Shown in pieces: positions 1 through 14,200 of a stretch of DNA of 64,000 nt. Under the pieces are notes generated by a model that worked only from the letters and a program-made list of their open reading frames with translations, searched no databases and was not told where the DNA came from. This DNA comes from Ptychomitrium polyphyllum. Its lineage: Eukaryota. The first letter of the stretch is position 1; every line of letters begins with the position of its first letter. The position numbers were made by a program, and so were the translations under genes. The stretch covers positions 4,464,001 through 4,528,000 of the forward strand of contig OZ316776.1 in assembly GCA_973851085.1 (NCBI GenBank), given 5' to 3'.

Positions 1-1067
1 CCAGAAGAGCTCTGTAAGTAAGTTGGTTGCAGAGAAATCTAGAGAATGTTCAACCCTTAACTTACAGTATGATCTCCACTGCAAGATTGATGATCATTGA
101 TGATGGTGAGTTGACAAGTTCCTGTGTATGCAAACCTGGTAACAAGTTCTTGGGTGAAATGATTGAGGAGACTGAGGACTCCTTAATTACTTCATTAGCA
201 TGGCATGGCATGGATGCATTCAACTTGTGATTCTGAGTTTGATTCAAGGGTCTCCTTCTCAACTGAGTCCTTAATTCTTAAGTTGGTGTGACAGTCAGTG
301 TGAGCTCAATAGGTGAATTCCTTCACATTCTGCAAGTGCCTGTCAGGCTTGCACATCCCACCTCATTCACTCAGCACTTACAGCACTGAAAATAGTATTT
401 AATGTCACCAATTCTAAATGAGAACATTCCTGGTAACATCACTAAATCTAACAAGCTTTTGACTAAACCAACAATGCACTCTACGACAATTTCTGGATAA
501 TTTCATGATACTTAATGTTTGTGATGTTAAATATTATTTTCAGGGTGCTTTACTAACTGATAAATACTTAGCCTGTGGGAGAGGCATAAGTGAGAGGGGA
601 GAGGCATAAGCGAGAGGGGAGAGGAGTGTGATTTTCCAGGTAGACAACAGCCTGGTCAACAAGATGAGTGCTTGCCAACAACAAAGGATCCACCAACTTC
701 AATTGTCCAAAACCTTGCAAGTTCTTGCCCCAACATGTGAAGAGCACCTTGGAGATTTAAGCTTAGCATTTCAGAGCTTCAAATATTGATGGATGGTCCA
801 GTTATGTGAACAGGCATCTGGTACATTACATTCAATAATATATTACATTCTCTTGGCCAGCCAATATAGTAGATCTGTTCATACTATAACACTGCCTTGC
901 TGAAACTCTCCCTGTGAATAGGCACCTACCTAGAGAGACTAACTGTTGTACTAGGAAGGTAACATTTATAGTGAGTCAAGTGTGGAGGACAACTCCAACT
1001 CCAACTCCTTCATAACATAAGATACTCCCATCCTTTATATATTGTAATCAAAATTACATACTCCACA

Positions 1068-1290
1068 TCTATAATTCCATAATACTATATAAACTCTATA
1101 ATACAATATAAATTCCATAATACTACATAAACTGCATAATACTCTCTTCATTACATAACACAATGTTGGCAAAGGATTTTTGAATATTTGTACATTTGGC
1201 TACAACTTCCTTATATACTATAACTCATAAAGACTTTTCTGATATTATTCCCATTATATTCTATTATATTCTATTATTCTATTATATTTC
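1068..1290. repeat. AT-rich tandem repeats (about 21-bp ATAAACTCCATAATACTAT-like units; (CTATTATATT)n)
   Basis: Visible periodicity at 1068-1145 and 1253-1290. Confidence 0.7.
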
Positions 1291-4200
1291 TAATAAAAAA
1301 TCAACAAACATACCTTAAGATTTATCATTAAGTGGACTTTAACATCATTGCCTACCATAAGTCAAGGCTTTTATCAACATAGTCAATATAAGTATCTTCA
1401 AAACTACAAGTAAATCCAACTTAATATTATCTTATTGGATGAACTCTATTAACTCATCAATTTAAGTGGCCATCAAATAATCCATTTATTCAAGAACAAA
1501 CATATTTGGTCTCAGACATAATCTTCTCCAAAAACCTAAATGCCAATACAAGACATGATGAATGTTTAATGAAGAGAATTTTTTGTTGGAACTTTGGATC
1601 CAAAACTTTAAAATCCATAATTTTTGTTAGTATTATTTAAAAGTCCATATTCTTTTATATGTGATTTTAAAGGGGAGTTTCTTTTTTTTGTAGAATTTTT
1701 GAATTCCTTTAAATAACAGAAAAAATCTCTATATTTGATGTAATTGTTAAGCAAATAATTTATAGATTTGAAATTCAAATATGAATAGGTCAAAATGTTG
1801 TTGTTAAAAATTGAAACTCATATATATGAGTAGTGCGTCTTGTAAACTATAGCATGACTAAAATCTTACTAATAAGCTTTAAATTTTTTATTTTTTATAA
1901 CAATTTTTTATGAAACAGGAGGGTGGCAAAAAAATTTATGAAATGGTATACTATGGCTACCTAACATGGTAGATTTCACACTAAATTTTTTGGCTTTCTA
2001 ATAACCAATGCACAAACTAGCACTTTTTTCCAAAATAAAACCACAAGCCAAGAAATATTTGTTATATATGGTAGTTCGTTTGAAAAAAAGTGGCACACAT
2101 GTACACCTTATGGTAGTAAACAATACTTATGAAAATGGTCAAACTTGTAATGTTACTTCATTATAGGCTAGAAAATTTACAAATGTTACTTGAATGTATA
2201 ATGGTTAATAGAAAACTTGTTTAGACATATACTAATCAATAAATATTAATGTATGTGACATGTGCAGGGTCCCATGAAAGACAGCTTGAACCATGTGGTA
2301 AGGGGTGCATATGACAATCTTGAATAGAATACTTCTCATCAAAGTGGACTGGAGAAAAATACAGTAGACTTTTGGTTGGAGTCCAGGACTGTAAGGTGCT
2401 TTACTTGCTGACTTAATATGGGCCAAGGCTTGTCAGTCTTCACAGATTTCATAATCAGTTTTTAGGTTAAAATAATGTGGACACTGCTACAATGCCTAGG
2501 CATACTACTGAATAACTGTAGGGTTTCTTTGTTTACGGAACTAGAGTATGATTACTTTTTCCATCACAATGGCCTTAACTCATGAGTCATCTAGTGGCAC
2601 TATCAATGATATACCTATAACAAAATTTCCTTCACACACCAGTAGTTAATGTGCATACTATAAGCACAGAGGAGTGGAAGGACTCAAGCAGCAGGGAGGC
2701 AGTAACCAACCATTGCCAGTGTGCAGGAGATGGTGATCATGGCTTTTGCAGTTAGTAGGTACGCAGTGCTTCCATCACCATGGTTTGTTTCAGCTCAAGT
2801 TCATGCAATAAACACAGTGCAGCTGTTCTCATACAAACATTGTAAGCATGAAGGAAACAAAGCACTGGTGTTATCAAAAGCTACTATTAGCTTTGTGATT
2901 ATCTTTTAGCCTAGTGCTGATCTACACCTCACAAGTACACCTGTTCATATGCATATGCATATGCATATGCATATATATATATATGAATGATTTTCTTGAA
3001 TTTTGTTTCTCCACTGTACTGAAAAACAAATTTGAAACATTCAACTGCAGTCTTTCTGTGCTCCACTAGCATCCATAAACATCAAAATGTGCAGGCTAAA
3101 CTTAGGATTGTAGTTCCAATTTTGGTCCTTTCTAATAAGACAAATTTGAACTTATCAAGTAGGGCTGCTTTGAAGTTTGGTTTCCACATTCCCATTTGTT
3201 AGCAGTTGGAATGGTGCACCCTTCATGTAGCAACATCCATGACTAAGACATTAAGGCAATTGAAACATGTAATTACAAATAAACCAAAAATTGGAATCTT
3301 TGACATTAATTCTTTATTCTAAGATAATTCCAAGGCTTGCAAAAGAATGATATGTTAGAGCCAAAGCTTAAGGTTAATTGCATTGCATGTATTACAAAAG
3401 ATTTCATCAACATTACATGATGAGATTTCATCGTTTACTTGCATAGTCTCATAACATTCTTTAGTGAACCTCCTAAACCAAACTTTTCTTCAAAAATTTA
3501 TTCTATCATGCAAAAGTATCATTGCATCTTTAAAATCTTGGATTATGAAAAAAAATGAAGAATATTATGTATATAATCATCAAACAAGATTCATATCTAC
3601 ATTCCTTCATTGTTACATACCTTCCTTTTTATTTGTTGTTGATTTTTCACTTTCCATAGCAAAAGTGAATTGCTTCAACTACTCAAGAATGTTTTAAAAT
3701 GGACACTTGTCTCAAAATATTTAAATTTTGAAGTTCAACAATGTAAATGTCTCCCAAGCTTCAAAACTTAGTACATCATTGTATTGGAAATGTATACATG
3801 CCATCAAATTCATCCAATGTTGGAAATTTGCTATGCATTGTATTGGATTCATTTAAACAATAGAATGGTCTTTCATTCATGAGTCTCATTGTGTAATGCA
3901 ATTTATACACCAAAGCCAAAAACCAGATCTTAATGCATAGACTTTGAGCTAGAGTTGCTACTAAAGATAAGCTTACTCTTGGTGCATGTCTAGCTCGGGC
4001 TTACATTATAGTAGAATTATCTTCCATTACAACTCCCTTTATTTGTATCTTTTTGACATAAATAGTAAAATATTTTCAATTTGGGATAGTAGTTGAAAGA
4101 GATTTGGGCATCTAGGGAAAATTAAGAGTTGGTATGGAGCACCTTGGCTAACTTTAGGGAGGTCTAAGATTTTAGAACATGTAATTTGAAACATTAACAC

Positions 4201-5135
4201 ATTCTTTGTTAGATTCTACTAATATTGAACATTTGCTAGCGACACAAATTAATTGTGTATTTTAATTGCTGTTAAGTATTGTTGACTTAACCAATAAATC
4301 AACTTGGGCCTTCAAGAATACTATACTTGAGTTGAACTGTAAATGTATCATTGTTTTTTGGGTTCTCTGTTTCTACCGTTCAAATATGATACTGAACTGC
4401 AGAAACAAATACAAATCCATTAAACTATGCATATTGCCAAAACTATCAGGCACCCACTGCAAGACGTATATGAGAAATATGTAGTATTTGTGAAAATGTT
4501 GCTGTCACATGGAAATGTCATAAGTAACATTTTTTAATTGTTAATATTGGTATACAATACTTGGTTAAGCATCAAAAGTTTGAAATCATGAGTAATGGAA
4601 TGTTATAAATTCTATGTGTATATAAGGAAAGTTTAAGATTTTCATCAACAAATTTAGCTTAACATTTGAACAAAATAAGGTTGGCCTTCAAAAAAAAATG
4701 TCACATGGAGATGTGATGTTTCATAAATATTATGTTGTAATTTTTTCTTTTTCAAACCTTTTAAACTCATGGCATATGTGTTGCCAAATAATAACTAAAA
4801 TACAAAGCACCATTGAGGGTACGAACAGTGCCTAAGCATTGACAAGAAATGTGACAAAGAAATTAACAAAGAAACATGTGTTAATTCTTGGGTCTTCAAG
4901 TTCATTTGAAAAATATCAACTTATAAATTGACAAAAGGTTAAGTTCACTCACAAAAAAGTAATCAAAGATTCTCTGGAATGAGGTGATTTGTTGCTTGTG
5001 AACAGGGGCCAAATTGACATAGCCTTCATTCTTCCTAGCTGCTCATTGAGCCAAGATTCAGAAGTTTTATTGTCTTTGCTTAGAATTTAGCCTCCAAAAG
5101 ATCCATTCAATAATCATTATAGGACCAAGAAAGAA

Positions 5136-5209
5136 CTCTCAGCGCTTGCTACTATGGCAAGGGCAGTCACTCTCAGCGCTTGCTACTATGGCAAGGGCAG
5201 TCACTCTCA
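5136..5209. repeat. Perfect 34-bp tandem duplication
   Basis: CTCTCAGCGCTTGCTACTATGGCAAGGGCAGTCA occurs twice, followed by a partial third copy. Confidence 0.9.
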
Positions 5210-8200
5210 ACAGCCAACAAGCTGGAACCCCCCTGAGATTGCTCAAGACAACTATCTGGCAGAACTGAACATTTTTCTGGATGCACATTTGACCGGTAGA
5301 GATAATCCCAGGAGGTCTGTATTAGGATTGGAAACAATCATTGACAGAAACAAAAGCTGCATTTGGGACTTAGTTGCTCTTCCCAGAGAATGTAAAAGGT
5401 CAGAAGTAGTTACATGAAGTTGCATGAAGGTAGATGTTATTTCCTGGGGTTAACCAACAGGGGACAAATTCTGAATTTACAGTAAAATACAAAAAGAAAG
5501 AAATAGAAATGTTTGAGCATACTTCAAAACACGCTGGGGATCCGTAAGAAGATGGAAATTAAATGTATTGCCATCTTTTCTAAACAGAGACAATCAGACT
5601 CCAAGGCCAGGGCATTGACCCTTTTGCACTCTGTTAACCAGTTTCTGGTAACTGGGAGTATGTAAGTATTAGTTTCTGAGAATCCAAAGAATTAACTAGC
5701 ATAACTTCGTATTAGGGTTGCCTCCTCATAAGCAGTTTTTATTTTTATTTGAAAATAGGTCCACTTCTTTTTATTTTTTAAATTAGAAATTTCTTAAATA
5801 ACTAAAATTGGTCCAAAATTCCTTAAATTGCAGAAAATCGGGTAGAATCCATTTCTTACACTTAATTTTTTTCTCTCTAACATCATAATTTACTAAATGG
5901 AATTCTTCTCATTTAAAAATAATTTCTGAATAAACCCTGATATGTTGCTTTAGTATCTGTCAAGCCAATGACATGCATACCTGGGGTTCTGGTCCATTTG
6001 CAAGTACCTTTAATATGTGGCTGGTTGGTTCTTCTCAATGCAATGATGATGGGTATCCTTTTGAAATGTAAAAAGCAAAAGTTATCTTTACAAACAGCTC
6101 ACATATAATGGTATTCTCTTTCCCTTGCCACAAACTTAGAAGCCAATCTACACAACAACAATGGACAGTAGTTGCCAGCATAATGAGTGGGCATGTATTA
6201 TGGTATCTTTTCATTTCATTCAAGCATTTTGCAGAAACTTAAACTGGGGCTATGAGCTCAAGTATTGCTCCAGTGGGAAAATTTTAGGAGCTTGTGGATG
6301 CTAACTTAGATTGTTACTAGAAAATAATTTTACACAATTAGAACAAGATATTCAGCCTTGTACACCAACAAACTTTACGCTATGTGTGTGAGAACTGTAA
6401 ACCACATGAGGGTTTTAACAACACAGCCTAAGTTCTCTGTGAGACGTTTTACCAACCTTTAAGAGATTGTAAAAGTTTCTCCTGATTAAGTACAATGACA
6501 TGAATGTTATCTGCAGGAGCAGTCAGGGATGATAAGTGAAGAGCATATTTTGCTTTGTTTTGGTCATTCATTACGAATGTCTTCCCCCGTGCTAGAATGC
6601 ACCCTGAATGTGCCCAATGCATGTGCAAAAGTTTATGCTGCATTTTGCCAGGTCAATTATGAAAGAGTCTAGATGCCATTCAGTTTCCAGTTTCTGTGTA
6701 TGGTAATGATGATAAACTTACATTAAATGGTGCACTAATTCCATCCAAGGTTTCTTGAGGACAAAGAACAACATTGTCCTCTCAGTCCACAATTCAGCAA
6801 AGCTGACATGTTCCTTTTAAATTGGAAAATGTGCACCATTCTTCAATCTTTGCAAGTAGTTAGCCCAAATTAATAGATTCTTATTTAAGAAGATAGGGTA
6901 AAGCAAAAATCTGTTCAAAGTATGAAAAAATGGAATTTTGAGATGTAATAAATCAAGTGTATTTCCTGAATTAAACTTAGACTTAAAATTTCAAATTTAT
7001 TTGAAACACCTGTGATCTCAAACTATCATATCACCAAAATGCCATTATAATTTTGCATATGTTAGCCAAATCACATGGAGCTACAGTCCCTATCCTGCTT
7101 AGTAGGAGAACTCAAGTCAGACTGATCTTCTTAAATTACTCTTCATACTATTACTGGAAAATATTATCCAAAATATTGTGAAAATATGTTCAAAAAGTAT
7201 TATTCCCTTAGGATATTAAAATTCTGTTTTAACTTCTTTTCTAAAAAATGTTACTAAAATTTGATCAAATTTGGTTACCATAAATTGGACACCTAATTTA
7301 TAATGCAAAGCACACTATACTTGCACTACCATAATTACCATGCTTTATTTCAAATAATACAACTTTGGCTTCATGCCAAGTCCAAAATTGAAATAAATAT
7401 TGGTTATCAATCTTTATTACAGTAAACATAGTAAAAAAATATAATAATTACATAACATTTTTCAATAATCCTTTGCAATATCTTCTTTCACAAATAGTAA
7501 GTTTTACTCAACATTGAGACCTTCCATTAACAAGCCCATTTTTTAAAAACTTCTACATGCATTAGTTTATTACTATATACATTCACTTTCTTTTGTTGTT
7601 GTTTTCCTACATTCTAAAAGTGAGTATAGGTTCCACAATGTAAATTCACGTCTTTGGAATGGAAACCACCTAAGTTTGAACAAAATCGAAAGCTACAACT
7701 CAGTTGATGACATACACCATTCTATCACCATTTATCTTGCTACCATTCAGCACTAAAACTCAATTATCATTGGAATCCGCACACATAATCTAAATCATGC
7801 CGATGTAAAACAATGGAAGTGGCTAAAACACTGAGAACTATTTTATATAATCAACGGAGGTCCTTATAGACTGCGACGTCTATTATATCACTCAAATTGT
7901 TACCATTACCATCCCAAAAAGCTTAAAGTACTGTGGAGTAAGTTATGTCTAAACCGCCTTGAGACTCCCGTTCCTTGCTGATTATGTAGTACATCATCCC
8001 GGGGCTTTCATCCCAAAGATTACACACGGCTTACAGGATTAGAATCTATTATTAGTTTAATACAAAATTCCAAATATGATATTATTTAGAACTTGTGACG
8101 AGAAAATTCTCGCCTACCTTGAAAGTTTTCGGCTCAGTCATTGCATAGACCAAGCTCTCGACACCCAGGAGATACACTACATTCCCCCAAGCCTACCAGA

Positions 8201-9185
8201 AAATTCATGTAAAGATTATCTTCACCACAAAATTAGTGCTCAACTGCCTCGTCTTCTCTTCTTCTCATTTCAAGCTTTTGAAACAATGTTCTACTGCAAG
8301 ATAAACTTGGTCCTCTTCCACAAGGAGTCTGAAGGTGTTCACTACATCCACTTTTCGATTGCAGTTGACACCTAGGTGATACTGCTGTCACACCCGGGTG
8401 ATATGCAGACCAGTGCCCTGTAAATTAAGCCTGTCCAGGCTCCTTGATTTGACTAATAGCCCCGGATTCATGAGATTAAGGGCACTTGGAATCTAGTCAA
8501 GGTTTCCCGGTGATGTGTTGGACGTGAGTGTCAATTGGGTGAGTAGAAGGTGGTGACAGTTACTGGTCGTCTGGTGGTTGACTTCTTCCTCAGACATGAG
8601 TATCTGCGGCTGCGACGACGTCGGAGGAATACTAGAATTCGAGGGAGGAGGAAGGATAATTGAATGAGGAGCCAGCCAGGCAGAGCACCAGGAACAGCAA
8701 TATGAGTGGGACCTGGCTATGCATGTATGAATGAATGAACGATCTGTCCTATCATTGAACCAGCCTGATCTTCCCTTCTCTCGCCTTCTTATTCTACTTC
8801 CCATTTCCGCTCTCATTCGTCAGGTGCCTCCTTTTCACCTGCCCCTCTAGGAGCATCCAACTAACCTCTTCTGTAGTGTATTCTCGCCACTTTCATTTGA
8901 TAATATACAGGCTTTTCAGCTAATAGTGAGTCAATCGTGTGCTATTGATCAAGCACTCTACACCAGTTGCTGAGTTCTGAATTTTGTAGTTGATTATGAG
9001 TAGTCTGAACAAGCATCTGAATAAATTCCCCCACCTGTAAGTAGTTGAATTCTTCCAGGAATTCTATAGCAATCATTTATCTGAAGTTACTACACGAATT
9101 TGGTACTTCCTGCCTGCGGTAAGATTACTAGAGATTTCAGTTGAGGTGAGTAGTATAACTTCAAGGATTTTGTTGAAGTGTCAAG

Positions 9186-11265
9186 ATGGCGGATGCTGTG
9201 TTGACTCCTGGGAGTCTTTCAGCTCTGGGGAACCAGCTGATCAAGTTATGGTTGGATGTGAGGGCGCCCATCGTAGCTCCCCTGCTCCAGTTCGCCATCA
9301 ACATATGCCTGGTGATGGTGACAATGCTGTTCGTGGAGCGCATTTTCATGTGCGGGGTCATGGTGTTCGTCAAGCTGCTGAGACGCACTCCTGAATCGGT
9401 TTACAAGTTCGAGCCCATTAGAGATGACTTGGAGTTTGGGAATTCCGCATATCCTTTGGTTCTTGTACAAATTCCAATGTATAACGAACGAGAAGTGTAC
9501 CAGTTGTCGATACAAGCCGCATGCGGGCTTTCATGGCCAGCTGACCGGATCATCGTCCAAGTGCTGGACGATTCAACGGATCCCACAACGAAGGTACACA
9601 CCACCATCAGGCTCATGTCAATGGTCATTTCATTACTTACTCATTGTCTATGTTGGTCATTTCATTTGGTTGATTGTATTGACGATGCAGGAATTGGTGC
9701 AAATCGAATGCCAGCGCTGGGCTAGCAAGGGCATCAACATCAAGTACGAAATTCGTTCCAACAGAAGGGGTTACAAAGCAGGAGCACTCAAGCAAGGAAT
9801 GAAATACTCCTACGCTCAGAAGTGTGACTTCGTTGCCATTTTCGACGCCGATTTCCAGCCAGAGGCAGATTTCTTGTGGCGAACCGTTCCTTTCCTCGTC
9901 CACAACCCCGAGCTTGCACTTGTGCAAGCCAGATGGAAATTCGGTACGTAATAATTTCTACACAAACCTCTTCTCTTGAATTTGACGAAACAGGGAACAA
10001 TGATGAGTTCGGAACCGTGCCGTGGTGATTGTGGTGAATTTTTTGCAGTCAATTCCGACGAGTGCTTGATGACGAAGATGCAAGAAGTATCGTTGAATTA
10101 CCACTTCTCCGTTGAGCAGAGAGTAGGCTCTGCCACATACGGCTTCTTCGGATTCAATGGCACTGCTGGAGTGTGGCGAATCAGCGCCATGGAGGAGGCA
10201 GGAGGATGGAACGACCGGACTACCGTGGAGGACATGGACTTGGCGGTGCGTGCAAGTCTGTGTGGGTGGAAGTTTGTGTACTTGCACGACCTCGAGGTGA
10301 AGAACGAGCTGCCCAGTACCTTCCAAGCCTTCAGGTTCCAGCAGCACAGGTGGTCGTGTGGACCTGCTAATCTCTTCCGCAAAGTGCTGCCAACGATCCT
10401 CAGGAACCAAAAACTAAAACTCTGGAAGAGATTGCACATGATCTGCGCGTTCTTCTTCGTCCGCAAGATTGTTGCTCACATTGTCACCTTCACCTTCTAT
10501 TGCGTGGTCATCCCCGCTTCCGTACTGGTTCCCGAAGTAGACTTGCCGTTCTGGGGAGCTGTGTATGTCCCCTCCACCATCACCCTCCTCAACGCCATCA
10601 CCACACCTAAGTAAGCACCTCCACCAAACCCTACCTTCTTTTGAATTACCCACAGTCAACAACCAATTGTCGCATCAAACACAAACTCCGGACCAACGTA
10701 CTGACAATCCGAAATCACTTCGTCCCGCAGATCACTACACTTGCTCGTGTTCTGGATCCTCTTCGAGAATGTCATGTCCCTGCACCGAACTAAGGCCACC
10801 ATCATCGGATTGCTCGATATCGGAAACGTCAACGAGTGGATCGTCACTGAGAAACTAGGAAACCTAATGAAATACAGGTCTGCGAAATACGGCAAGAAGT
10901 ACACTCTCCAGCGCATGGCAAGCAACGTCCTCGCCAGAGGATGGAAAATGTCCGAAAGGTATGTCGAACTCATCAAACCCTGATCTAACGAGCATCTGAA
11001 AGGACACTAAAAAACAAGTATCCTGTTGACAAGCAACATCCCGTAAAACAAAAAAGAACTCACCAAGATTGGCTGTCTGTTTGCGAGTGAATGCAGGATG
11101 CATCTGCTGGAGCTTTGGACAGGAGGATTCCTGATGTTCTGCGCGTGGTACGACTTCTACTTCCAAGGAAAAAACCACTTCTTCGTCTACTTGTTTCTCC
11201 AGTCGTGCGCATTCTTGGTGATGGGCTTCGGATATATCGGCACTTTCGTACCTTCCTACTCATAG
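9186..11265 (+). CDS. CSLA: Cellulose synthase-like A (GT2 glucomannan 4-beta-mannosyltransferase), copy 1; exons 9186-9593, 9691-9943, 10049-10610, 10731-10958, 11097-11265; 539 aa
   Basis: Four GT-AG introns join the ORF fragments in frame (1620 nt). GT2 D,D,D,QxxRW motifs are intact: VLDDS, FDADF, TVEDMD, QQHRW. CSLA signatures [23 protein letters not shown] and [10 protein letters not shown] are present. Confidence 0.96.
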
Positions 11266-14200
11266 TGGATTCACATTGCACAACATACAAGGTGCTGATG
11301 AATTCCAACAACGAATCATCTTCACAATACATCGACACAAACCCCAACTCGAGAATCAACCCAGCTCCAATTTTCAACCAATGGATCGATCACGTCGGGT
11401 TTCTCTCCCATGGCGAATATTGCTAGGGTTTAGGGTTTAAGGAGCAAGCTCTTTCATTCAGGTCGGCTGAAAATCACTTTTTCTTGCTTCCCTATGTTAA
11501 CCGGACGTAGTGGGAGTGACTCTTAATTGACTCCATGCTTGATCACCTTTACATTACAATCACTGTGTTCATGCTACAATCCACAATCTCTGTATCATAA
11601 GTTGAATAAACTTTCATTATCAGGAGTATGACCGGCACCAGGCATTTGAATCCTCATTCTCTTTTCATTTTGGGGAGAAAGGAGTGAAAGTGTGTTCAAT
11701 TAGGCAGAGTGCAAGGTGATTTATCAATGGCTAGTGTAGGTCTCATAATGGGGCCTCAGATTCCAATGAGGGAATCTAAACTACGGCCTTTACAGATGTA
11801 AAACTCATTTCCCTGAATCATTTTCACATCTCCCCTTCTGTGATTTCAGTTCTGAACTCCTAGTTCAAGGTCTTCTGATTTCCATTCTCTTCTACTCTTG
11901 CGCACATGAGGCATCAGTATGGCACTGTAGAAACACACGGGTGCTTCAACATTAGCAACCATTGTTGCACCTGAGAATGTGTACTTAGTGCTGATTAGAA
12001 CTTAAGTTTGTGGATAATCAAGGAGTTAATTGTAGACCAGCTAATTGTTATCTTGCAATTCTCTCTACTGTTTTTGAGTACATCAGGTGCATCATGGTCT
12101 ATAGAACTAAGGAGGTCCTTCATATCAGATATAAGTGTTGCTTCTTAGAATCCAATCCACCTTCAGTTGATAATCAGACTTAGGTTTGTGGGTACGTAAT
12201 TAGAGGGCAATCAGACTAGCTAATTGTGACTTAGCTAAGATCCTCCACAGCTGTTTTTCAGTGACCCAAATTCTACATTATGATTCACCAGGATCATCAC
12301 CACGCAAGGTGCAGAAGTGGTGGTAAAGTGGTGTCAATTGAGACACTTTCCTACCAGTTTATGCTTTTTGGTGTGATGAGTTGACCATTCTGGAATGTGT
12401 GTTTGTTTAACATGAGGAGTTTGCCATCATGGTGGAGGGGAACAGGTAGAATTACAGGTAAAGATAAAATTATTGCAGCTGAGAAAGTCCACACAAACAT
12501 ATACAGTCTATTTGAAGGATGACCTTGCCAAGTTGCCATAGATATCTTCAGCTCATGTACCCAGCATGGGTGTGATTGTTGCAGAATATGCTCAGAATGC
12601 TTGTGTCCATGAGATTAAGCAGTATTTAGTCAGTAATTTGAATAGGGTGTGCCCTCTGTTTGTGTACTAAAATGTGATATTGTGGACCTTGTTCTGAGAT
12701 AGGTCTGTAGGTGCACTGTATAAGTATCTAGTTGTGGTGGGAGGTATTGATTGAGCAACTGACTCTTGTACATGTAATGCCAAGATTCCATCCTGTCCAC
12801 ACTAGCTTCCAAGCTTTAGTATTTGCCCTGGACTTTGAATGCTCTAAATTATAGTATGTGCTTAGGACCTTACAGATGAACACAGCCACTTCTGTACATC
12901 ATTACATATAGAACTAACTGGGGACTAGCACCTGCACTTGAATGTATATTTAATGAATAAATGGTTGAAACATTGTTTGAAGTGGAATGCTTCAAATTTG
13001 TTTGATTGCTTTAGTTACCTCATTGCCATGCTGCAAGAGGCTCATTGCTGACAACAAAGCAAGACTTTCTTTCATGTTTAGCATAGAAAAACAGAATGAC
13101 AGTTATACCACAACTTTCCACCACATACTATGAAAACCGTGCTCAACAATACCATAACCAAGATCAGGTTCAAACACCTTGGTGCCAAATAAACTGAAAT
13201 TTTGGCAGAGTGGTCATATTAACACACTTAAAGATTAAATATTTGACAAATGATCTTTAGATGATTTTATTTTTTATAAATTTATTATAATTCTATAGAG
13301 TCCTTGAGGTAACTTTTGTATAATTTGTTTTTAAAAGGACTAAAAAAACAAAACCTTACTTTTTAACTCACATGTTCTCTACTTGTAGTGCCAGAAAAAA
13401 AAAATGTTGCAAAGTAAAAGAACATGAATTGAATACATTGATAGGGTTTAACTTCTAATCAAATTAACCAATTGTTGCCTCTGTGTAGAGATGTCAAAGT
13501 TGTTGCAAAATTGATGATCTCCAGGTGAGTATGTTTAGTGTTCAACCAAGTTAAGTTTGTCTTCCTCTGAAATTGTGTGGCAAGAAGTTGACTAGAGTGG
13601 TGAAATATTTTCCTTTGAGTACAAAGGTAAATTTTTGTACTGAAATTGTGTGGCTCCTGAGTACTTGTGATGAATTTGATGCAAGACAGGCCGAACAGGC
13701 TGGACAGGCAAAACAATAATCCCATGTGAAATGTGCTGCTGCCAACATGATTTCAAAAGGAGGAATGAAAGGCAAAAAATAAAGGTAGGATAGAGAAGTG
13801 GACCACACACAGTTTTGAGACAGACCATTGTTATGAAGTTAAAATAGGTGAGTCAAGATTTTCTAGATTGCATTTAATCAACATGAAAATCTTCAATTTT
13901 TTTTATTTCCATTTTGTATACTTGTCTTTAAAATTGAAGTCAGAAAAAGCTTGGAATTTTTTTTTTGGTGTGTAACTTATTGTCAATATCCTGATGTGAG
14001 AACATTTTGTTACTTCCAAAGGAACTTCATTTTGAAATTCTGAACTCACAACACACGCTACTTCTGCGAGAGACACTCATGGAATATTAGTTCCCCTGCG
14101 AATCTGGGCAATTTTTTAAGCAACGCTAGAGAGTGTTTCATGTTGAGAATCTACTTGAATAATGTAATTATAGTAAGTGATGAAGAAAACTCACCGGGTT

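Noticed and set aside
3400..3900. Possible hAT transposase relic (weak similarity to 7440-7640)
   Set aside because: I could not recover convincing motifs by eye.
9161..10976. Several antisense and alternate-frame ORFs over CSLA (also over FAB1, the channel and the CDCA7-like gene)
   Set aside because: Shadow ORFs of GC-rich coding exons with no independent motifs.
11424..11438. TAGGGTTTAGGGTTT telomeric repeat downstream of CSLA copy 1
   Set aside because: Only two units; short interstitial telomere motifs are common in plant genomes.
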